Shown: positions 17,452-23,500 of the stretch, in pieces
Layout: the number at the start of each line of letters is the position of its first letter
Position numbering within the stretch: position 1 is the first letter of the stretch
From: a virus
Taxonomy: Duplodnaviria > Caudoviricetes
IMG/VR virus record: IMGVR_UViG_3300025875_000071
Coordinates: 1-35,196 of that record
Length of the DNA: 35,196 nucleotides
Reading direction: 5' to 3' (one strand)
Position numbers and translations under genes: made by a program
Notes under the pieces: generated by a model
Seen by the model: the letters and a program-made list of their open reading frames with translations, nothing else
What the model was told of the DNA's origin: nothing
Database searches by the model: none

Positions 17452-17744
17452 CGGAGCAGCACAACGTCGAGCCGCAGACGGACGGCGTCGGGGACCACGC
17501 CGCCCCGATGCCGCCCGCCTACGTGCAGTTCTTCGCGACCCTCGCGTCACTGCGCAAGGCGGTGGTCGCCTTCATCGTCGGCGGCGGCGGTGCCGCGATC
17601 GCCGATCAGTTCGACACGTTCGACTTCACGTCGTGGACGTGGGCGGACCTGTGGCGCGGTCTGCTCGTCGGTGCCGTGTCCGGTGTCGTCGTGTACTTCA
17701 CGCGCAACCGCCCGACTTCGGGCGGCGTAGAAGTCGGCGGCTGA
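17448..17744 (+). CDS. Putative holin / 2-TM membrane protein
   Basis: ATGA overlap with the endolysin; RKAVVAFIVGG and LLVGAVSGVVVYFTRN hydrophobic segments. Confidence 0.7.
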   Translation: MTEQHNVEPQTDGVGDHAAPMPPAYVQFFATLASLRKAVVAFIVGGGGAAIADQFDTFDFTSWTWADLWRGLLVGAVSGVVVYFTRNRPTSGGVEVGG

Positions 17745-17960
17745 CACTTCGCCCCGCATCACCGCCTGTGGCTTGTGTCCGATGTGCCACGCCGGACACA
17801 GGTCACAGGCGTACGGGCGCATCCCCGGCTTGCCGCTGCGCGTCGCGCGGCTCGCGAAACTCTTCGCTGCTCGCCGGTCAAGGAACGCGCGCTTGCCGGA
17901 GGGGCAGGCGGTGGTCGACGATGACCACTGCCTGCCCCTGTCGAGCCGGTCGGAACTCAC
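17547..17960 (-). CDS. Small Zn-binding hypothetical protein
   Basis: TAGTG coupling to the upstream gene; motif CPSGKRAF...RPYACDLCPAWHIGH. The 3' end overlaps the holin gene in antisense. Confidence 0.65.
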   Translation of the reverse strand: MSSDRLDRGRQWSSSTTACPSGKRAFLDRRAAKSFASRATRSGKPGMRPYACDLCPAWHIGHKPQAVMRGEVSAADFYAARSRAVAREVHDDTGHGTDEQTAPQVRPRPRREVERVELIGDRGTAAADDEGDHRLAQ

Positions 17961-18196
17961 TACCCGCTGAAGAAGACAGCGAAGACGGCGAGCAGGATCA
18001 GCACCCACACGACGACGCCGACGAACGAGCCGACGAGCATCCCGCGCATGAACGCCTGCGACTCCGCCTTCTCGCGCTCCGCCGCCGTCTGCTCGAAGGC
18101 CGCGTCGACCGCGTCACGAACGATGTTCTCGTGCGTCCGCATGACGTCGTCGATCCACGCCTGCGAGTCGAACGGCGTCTCGTCGTCGGCGCTCAC
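17960..18196 (-). CDS. Small membrane protein (C-terminal TM)
   Basis: GTGA overlap with the upstream gene; ends in MLVGSFVGVVVWVLILLAVFAVFFSG. Confidence 0.7.
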   Translation of the reverse strand: MSADDETPFDSQAWIDDVMRTHENIVRDAVDAAFEQTAAEREKAESQAFMRGMLVGSFVGVVVWVLILLAVFAVFFSG

Positions 18197-18555
18197 AGCG
18201 CGCGCTCGAACTTCATGCAGTCGTCGGCGTACTCGTGCTCGATCGGGTCGCTGTCGTCCTCGCGCTCGATCTCGCGCTCGACGATGCAGCACGTGTCGCC
18301 GCTGCCGCCGTGCCCGTTGCGCATGTGCCCGCACTTGCAGACGTCGGTCGGCAGGTTGACGTCGAGCGGGACGACGATCGTCACGACGCGCACGGTACGG
18401 ATCGCCGGGTTGTCGACGCCGAAGGCGTGCTCGCCGTTCAGCGTCGCGTCGTCGGCGCTGTCGTACCACGTGGGGCGCGTGAACCACTCGCCGCTGATGT
18501 TCTCCTGCAACGCGAACTGCGTCGTCTGCGCGATGTCCTGCGTCTGCTCGATCAT
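18193..18555 (-). CDS. Hypothetical protein with Cys/His motif
   Basis: GAGAGG RBS; CKCGH...H...C...C pattern. Confidence 0.75.
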   Translation of the reverse strand: MIEQTQDIAQTTQFALQENISGEWFTRPTWYDSADDATLNGEHAFGVDNPAIRTVRVVTIVVPLDVNLPTDVCKCGHMRNGHGGSGDTCCIVEREIEREDDSDPIEHEYADDCMKFERAL

Positions 18556-18588
18556 GGTCGTGCCTCTCGTGTGAGTGTGTAGAACGGG

Positions 18589-18631
18589 CTGTGCCCCGCT
18601 CCGTGTACAGCATACACGAAGCGGGGCACAG
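18589..18631 (-). promoter_or_regulatory. 19-bp hairpin with the promoter box GTGTATGCTGTACAC at its apex
   Basis: On the minus strand: ctgtgccccgcttcgtgta-tgctg-tacacggagcggggcacag (one G-U pair). The core is identical to 19776-19792. Confidence 0.8.
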
Positions 18632-18648
18632 GTGGTGCGACCGGCAGG

Positions 18649-19038
18649 TCAGACGTCGGCGACGGTCTCGTCGTCGGTGTCCGGGGCGTTGACGTCGATC
18701 TCGGTCTGCTCGGTCTGCTCCGGCAGGTCCTCGTCGTCGAGCCGGAACGCGACCTCCTTCTCGGCGCGCACGACGTCCTTCTCGGCGTCCGCGATCAGCG
18801 TCCGCACCTTGTCGCGGCGGGCGGTCGCCTTCGCGAGCCGCTTCTTCGCCGCGTCGAGCCGCGCCTGCGCGCGCTCGGCGGGCGACCGGCGCACGCGCTC
18901 CGGCTTCTCGGTCTCGGCGACGGCGGTCTCGGTGGTGGTCTGCTCGGTCATCTCGGTGTTCTCCGGGGTCTCGGTGTTCTCGACGGCGGTCTCGTCGGCG
19001 AGGCGGGCGGCGTTGCGTGCGGCGCGCGATGCGGCCAT
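18649..19038 (-). CDS. Hypothetical coiled-coil protein
   Basis: AAGGAG RBS, very strong GC3 bias, acidic ends around a basic helical core. Confidence 0.8.
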   Translation of the reverse strand: MAASRAARNAARLADETAVENTETPENTEMTEQTTTETAVAETEKPERVRRSPAERAQARLDAAKKRLAKATARRDKVRTLIADAEKDVVRAEKEVAFRLDDEDLPEQTEQTEIDVNAPDTDDETVADV

Positions 19039-19079
19039 GTTGTCTGTCTCCTTCGTCGTGCGGCGCGTTCTGCGCCGCT

Positions 19080-19094
19080 GTGACCACCATACAC
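19080..19094 (-). promoter_or_regulatory. 15-bp promoter/operator box GTGTATGGTGGTCAC
   Basis: Identical to 6566-6580; followed by a leader hairpin and the AAGGAG RBS of 18649-19038. Confidence 0.8.
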
Positions 19095-19151
19095 GAACCG
19101 GGCGGTTCGTGCGACTTGCTGTGAAGTTTTCTCGTGCGTGTTCAGGTGGTG

Positions 19152-19200
19152 CCCGGCGGGCGCAGGGTTGAACTTCCCCTTCGCACCCACGCCCGCCGGG
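19152..19200 (-). terminator. Stem-loop downstream of the 19210-19722 gene
   Basis: cccggcgggcg / cgcccgccggg 11-bp inverted repeat 9 nt past the stop codon. Confidence 0.55.
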
Positions 19201-19209
19201 GTCTCGGTG

Positions 19210-19722
19210 TTACTCGCTCGGCTGCGCGAAGGCGTCGCGCGAGGCGAGGTACGCGCGGGCGTACTGCGCGTCCTGCTCGCTGAACTCCGCCAGCACCCAC
19301 AGGCCGCGCGGCTCGGTGCCCTTGCCGCCCTTCTTCAGCCACTCCGCGCGAGCGGCGGTCAGCTCGTCCGCCGTCTCGATCTTCAGCGCCTCGCGCGTGG
19401 CCTTCGTCGGGAGCTTGATCAGCCGTCCGAGCACCATCGGCTTGTTGCCCGGCTTCAGCGCCTTGCGACACGCGCCGACGACGGCGACCTGCGACCAGTA
19501 CATGTCGTCGTACGTCTCGTACGACCCGTCCTCGTCGAAGACGACGGTGTCGGCGGTCGCCCGCTCGGTCGTGGCACCCTGCACCTTGCTGAAGCGGTCC
19601 GGCACCGTCTCGATGACGGACGGGGTCAGCATGATGAGCTGCCCTTCGAGGTCGTCCGCCTTCGGGTACGCACCGCCCCGCGACGCGGCGGCGAAGAGGT
19701 CCATGTTCGGGGTCTCACTCAT
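19210..19722 (-). CDS. Hypothetical protein next to exonuclease (possible ssDNA-binding or recombination partner)
   Basis: GGAGGG RBS and ATG at 19722; beta-rich with DLEGQLIMLTP and MVLGRL motifs. Function inferred from position only. Confidence 0.75.
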   Translation of the reverse strand: MSETPNMDLFAAASRGGAYPKADDLEGQLIMLTPSVIETVPDRFSKVQGATTERATADTVVFDEDGSYETYDDMYWSQVAVVGACRKALKPGNKPMVLGRLIKLPTKATREALKIETADELTAARAEWLKKGGKGTEPRGLWVLAEFSEQDAQYARAYLASRDAFAQPSE

Positions 19723-19765
19723 TGTTCTGCCCTCCGGGCGTTGTCGTTGTTCGTTGTTCCCCGTG

Positions 19766-19802
19766 TGCCGGGGTACGTGTACAGCATACACGTACCCCGG
19801 CA
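19766..19802 (-). promoter_or_regulatory. Perfect 16-bp hairpin with promoter box at its apex
   Basis: tgccggggtacgtgta-cagca-tacacgtaccccggca; the minus strand reads TG-TATGCT. Confidence 0.85.
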
Positions 19803-19811
19803 GTGTGCAAG

Positions 19812-21014
19812 TCAGCCCGCCGTCGTGTCGGCCCAGATCGCGTGCAGGCGCTTGACGGCGTGCTCTTCAGCCCGGACCGTCCACGTCCGGTTGAGCTGCG
19901 CAGCGTGGCGCACAGCCCGCACTTCGGCTTCGGTGGTGCAGGCGTTGATGCGCTCGACGAGGTCGGGCAGGGCGACCGCCGCCGTCTGCGCCGGGTCGAC
20001 CCGCTCGGCGGTGACCTTGATCGGTGCCCCGCCCGCGTCCGGCGCGAGCACGCCTTCGACCTCGTCGACCTCCGCCACGGCGAGCGGCACGGCGAGCTTC
20101 CGCACCTTGCGCCAGTCGCGCACCATCTTGCACAGCGCCGCCGCCTTCCACCCTTCGGTGATGTCGAGCGCGTGCAGGGTCGCCTTCGCCTTGCCGACCG
20201 GCAGGTGAACGACGAAGGCGACGTCGGTACGGATCGCGGGCAGCTCGTCGAGCCGGTCGAGCGGGCGGTTGTAGATGTACTTCGAGTTCGCGTACAGCGC
20301 GAGCTGAATCGCGATCTCGTTCCACCCGTACGACAGGTCGCGCCCCGTCTTCAGGTCGAGCACGACGAGTTCGCCTTCGAGCAGCTTCAGCATCGTGCCG
20401 TCGGGCATCACGACGTCGGTGTCTTCCGTGACGCGCACGATCCGGTCGAACGTGCCCGCGATCTCGAACGTCGTCTCGATGACGATCCGCTCGATGTACT
20501 CCGGCACGATCTCGAAGTGGTTCGCGTCGATCAGCGCGCTGTACGCCTGAAGGTCGCGGTCCCACGGCGGCGGCACGTTCGGTGCCTCGCCCCGGTCGTG
20601 CTGCTCCGTGAAGGCGTGCAGGGCGGTGCCCAGGTTCGCCGCGTTCTTCGCCCCGGCGACCTCCTTCGCGGTCTCGGCGAAGCCGTTCAGCGCGTCGCGG
20701 TCGTCGATGTCGGTCGCGGCGACGGCGGCGTACAGGTCGGGGCGCATCGTCACGCCCTTGATCGCCATACGCTGCGCCCACTGCGACAGCGTGTACGTGT
20801 CGCTGATCGACTTCGCGAAGGTCGTCGCGCGGGTGAACGCCTTCGGCTTCTTCGCGTTCGTCTTCGTGTAGTCGGGCAGCAGGTACCGCCCGTACCGGTC
20901 GCGGGCGACCACGTTGTCGTCGTACTCCGTGCCCGCCGTGGCGACCGCGACACCGGCGCTGAACGCCGTCGTCGGCTGCGAGAACGGGTCGTTCGTGGGG
21001 TCGAGCTGTGTCAT
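19812..21014 (-). CDS. PD-(D/E)xK (RecB/Cas4-like) exonuclease
   Basis: Motifs GTALHAFTE, IAGTFDRI, VLDLKTG, QLALYA; GAGAGG RBS. Confidence 0.88.
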   Translation of the reverse strand: MTQLDPTNDPFSQPTTAFSAGVAVATAGTEYDDNVVARDRYGRYLLPDYTKTNAKKPKAFTRATTFAKSISDTYTLSQWAQRMAIKGVTMRPDLYAAVAATDIDDRDALNGFAETAKEVAGAKNAANLGTALHAFTEQHDRGEAPNVPPPWDRDLQAYSALIDANHFEIVPEYIERIVIETTFEIAGTFDRIVRVTEDTDVVMPDGTMLKLLEGELVVLDLKTGRDLSYGWNEIAIQLALYANSKYIYNRPLDRLDELPAIRTDVAFVVHLPVGKAKATLHALDITEGWKAAALCKMVRDWRKVRKLAVPLAVAEVDEVEGVLAPDAGGAPIKVTAERVDPAQTAAVALPDLVERINACTTEAEVRAVRHAAQLNRTWTVRAEEHAVKRLHAIWADTTAG

Positions 21015-21066
21015 CGTCGTGCCTCTCGTTGTGTGTTCTGTGAGTGTGTCAGGTGCGTGTGACAGT

Positions 21067-21294
21067 TCAGGCGAGCCGCCCGTCGGGCGTGTAGATCAGC
21101 TTCGTGTCGTCGACGGTGACGATCGCCGAGCACTCGATCAGCGCGTGCGCCGCGCTGTCGAGCGCCTTCGGCACCGTCTCTTCCCACTGCCCGCCCGACG
21201 AGCGCGTGACGGTCGCGCCGCCGCTGCGCAGGATGACCATCCCCGACCGCTTCAGGATGCGACCGGTGACGAGTGCCTTCTTCGTGTTTGCCAT
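21067..21294 (-). CDS. Hypothetical protein (leaderless)
   Basis: ATG at 21294 directly follows the box GTGTACGATGGTCAC (21295-21309). Confidence 0.75.
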   Translation of the reverse strand: MANTKKALVTGRILKRSGMVILRSGGATVTRSSGGQWEETVPKALDSAAHALIECSAIVTVDDTKLIYTPDGRLA

Positions 21295-21358
21295 GTGACC
21301 ATCGTACACACATCGGGCGACCTGCGCAGCAGCGACACGCCCGGCGTGTTGAGTTACG

Positions 21359-21538
21359 TCAGTGACGATTCACCGGGCGTACAACCGTGTAGGCAACGCG
21401 GTGCCGTTCGCACGCCCTAGTGACCCGCTCGACGATGCGGTCGAAGCCGAGCAGCCACACGCAGCCGCACGGGTTCGTGTGCGTCGGCTGGTCGAGCTGC
21501 CAGCGCCCCCGCGCGATGTCGAGCGCCGAGACCTTCAC
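21359..21538 (-). CDS. Small hypothetical protein (59 aa, not in ORF track)
   Basis: GTGA overlap with the upstream gene; reads MKVSALDIARGRWQLDQPTHTNPCGCVWLLGFDRIVERVTRACERHRVAYTVVRPVNRH and fills the gap in the operon. Confidence 0.55.
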   Translation of the reverse strand: MKVSALDIARGRWQLDQPTHTNPCGCVWLLGFDRIVERVTRACERHRVAYTVVRPVNRH

Positions 21539-21744
21539 GCCGCGTCAGCCTCTCGCACGTGCCGGTCGGTCGCCTCCGTGATGTCGTTCAGCAACATGCC
21601 CGGCGTGCGAGGCAGCAGCTCGACGTCGCACTCGACGCAGTACAGCGCGAGCGCCCAATCGTGCGAGCCGGTGCCCGTCTTCACCGTCGAGACGTTGAAG
21701 AAGTGATTCATGTTCTGCCCTTCGTTGCGCGAGTGCCGCCCCAT
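21535..21744 (-). CDS. Small CxxC hypothetical protein
   Basis: ATG at 21744 abuts the box GTGTACGATGAACAC. Alternative ATG at 21711 with a GAAGGG RBS. LYCVEC...H motif. Confidence 0.65.
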   Translation of the reverse strand: MGRHSRNEGQNMNHFFNVSTVKTGTGSHDWALALYCVECDVELLPRTPGMLLNDITEATDRHVREADAA

Positions 21745-21775
21745 GTGTTCATCGTACACACGGGGCGGCACCGGG

Positions 21776-23386
21776 TCACTTCGAGACGGCGCGCACGTTC
21801 TTGTCGAGCGCACGCGAGGCGAACGCGATCGACAGCAGGTCGGACAGCGCGCCCTTGCGCATCGCGGTGATCTCTTCCGGCGACGCGAGCTTCATCTTCA
21901 GCGCGAGCGCGACCTGCGCCTCGCTCGGCTTCGTCCGTCGCCACGCGCTCGACTTCGAGCTGACCGACGGGTCGATGTCCGCCGCGATCGACTCGCCGTG
22001 CGCCATTGCGTACTCGAACGTCAGCCCGGTGAGCGCCCACGTGCCGACCTGCCGGTCGAGCTTCGTGCCGACCCTCCACGTGTCGTCGGCGTCCTGCCAC
22101 AACACGACCTGACCGCCGCGCACCGGGATGAACCACACGCCCGCCCGCGTGCGAAGCCACGCGCTGTGAGAGTTCTCGAACAGCTCGACGAGCGCCGACG
22201 ACCGCTTGCCCGCGATCTTCACCTTCTCGCCGCGCTCGCGCGCTTCCTTCTCCAACCGCTCGCGCGCCTGCGCCGTGGTCTCGCCGTCCTTGACCTCCGT
22301 CTCGAAGAGGTCCGTCAGCGACCGGAGCTTGTGCCGCCCGCTGATGCCGACGACGTCGAGCACAAGCGCGTCGTCCTTGCCGGGGAACGGGCGCAGCACA
22401 CGCCCGACCATTTGCGTGTACAGCGCCGCCGACTGTGTCGGGCGCGCGATCACGGCGACTTCGGCGTGCGGTGCGTCGAAGCCTTCGGTCAGCACCATGC
22501 AGTTTGCGAGCACCTGTGTGTCGCCGTTCGCGAACCGCTTGTACATCAACTTCCGGTCTTCGCTCGGCGTCTCGCCCGTGACGACCTCCGTCGGGATGCC
22601 CGCCGCGATCAGGTCTTCGGCGAACGTCTCGGCGCTGGACACCGTCGGCGCGAAGAGGATTCCGCGCTTGCCCTTCGCGTGCTCGTTGTACGCCTCCGCG
22701 ATGACCTCGCCCGCGCCGGACGCTTCGAGCGCGTCGCCGAGCGCGCCTTCGGCGTAGTCGCCACGGCTGCGCGCGATCGTCGCGAGGTCGAAGCCGTCGA
22801 CCGTCACCTGCTGCCCGCGCACGTCGCACAGGTACCCGTGCTCGATGCCGTACATGATGTCCTTCTCGAAGGCGACCGACTGCCACACGTCGCCGAGACC
22901 CTTCCCGTCGTCGCGCGTGAGCGTCGCCGTGAAGCCGACCGTCTTCGTTGCGTCCTCGTCCTTGAACGCGCCGAAGTGCGTCAGAACTTCGATCCACGTC
23001 TTCGCGACCGCGTGGTGACACTCGTCAACGACGATCATCCCGATGCCGTACAGCGCCTCGCGCCGGGCGGGACGCGCGAGCGTCTGCACCGACGCGACGA
23101 TGACGTCGCGGTCGACCTCGTTCCGCTCCGCCTTGACGATGCCGACGGTCAGGTTCGGCGCGACGCTGCGCAGCTTCGCCTTCGCCTGCTCGGCGAGTTC
23201 TTCGCGATGCACGAGCACGAGCACGCGCGTACCCTTCGCCTGCGCTTCCGCGATCAGGTGCGAGAACACGACCGTCTTCCCGAACCCGGTCGGCAGGACG
23301 ACGGCGGTACGATCGACCGCCTGCCACTCGTTGTGCAGGGCGTCGATTGCGTCACGCTGGTAAGGGCGGAGCTTCAGACCGGCCAC
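21776..23386 (-). CDS. Superfamily 2 DExH-box DNA helicase
   Basis: Motifs LRPYQ, PTGFGKT, VDECHH, GFTAT, LTEGFD, QMVGRVLR; GAGAGG RBS and GTG at 23386. Confidence 0.93.
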   Translation of the reverse strand: MAGLKLRPYQRDAIDALHNEWQAVDRTAVVLPTGFGKTVVFSHLIAEAQAKGTRVLVLVHREELAEQAKAKLRSVAPNLTVGIVKAERNEVDRDVIVASVQTLARPARREALYGIGMIVVDECHHAVAKTWIEVLTHFGAFKDEDATKTVGFTATLTRDDGKGLGDVWQSVAFEKDIMYGIEHGYLCDVRGQQVTVDGFDLATIARSRGDYAEGALGDALEASGAGEVIAEAYNEHAKGKRGILFAPTVSSAETFAEDLIAAGIPTEVVTGETPSEDRKLMYKRFANGDTQVLANCMVLTEGFDAPHAEVAVIARPTQSAALYTQMVGRVLRPFPGKDDALVLDVVGISGRHKLRSLTDLFETEVKDGETTAQARERLEKEARERGEKVKIAGKRSSALVELFENSHSAWLRTRAGVWFIPVRGGQVVLWQDADDTWRVGTKLDRQVGTWALTGLTFEYAMAHGESIAADIDPSVSSKSSAWRRTKPSEAQVALALKMKLASPEEITAMRKGALSDLLSIAFASRALDKNVRAVSK

Positions 23387-23428
23387 TTGATCATCCTCTC
23401 GTCGGGGTCCGGCGGACCCGCTGGAACT

Positions 23429-23444
23429 AGTGTACGCTATGCAC
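23429..23444. promoter_or_regulatory. Overlapping divergent -10 boxes between helicase and primase
   Basis: Plus strand GTGTACGCTATGCAC (TACGCT at 23433-23438); minus strand TACACT (23429-23434). Confidence 0.65.
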
Positions 23445-23500
23445 AAGGACACCGCGACACAGCGACACGCACGACCCACACACTGCGGAAGGAACCCGCG

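Noticed and set aside
19812-21014. Cas4 as evidence of a CRISPR system
   Set aside because: It is a stand-alone PD-(D/E)xK exonuclease common in phages, lacks an evident Fe-S cysteine set, and has no array or other cas genes nearby.
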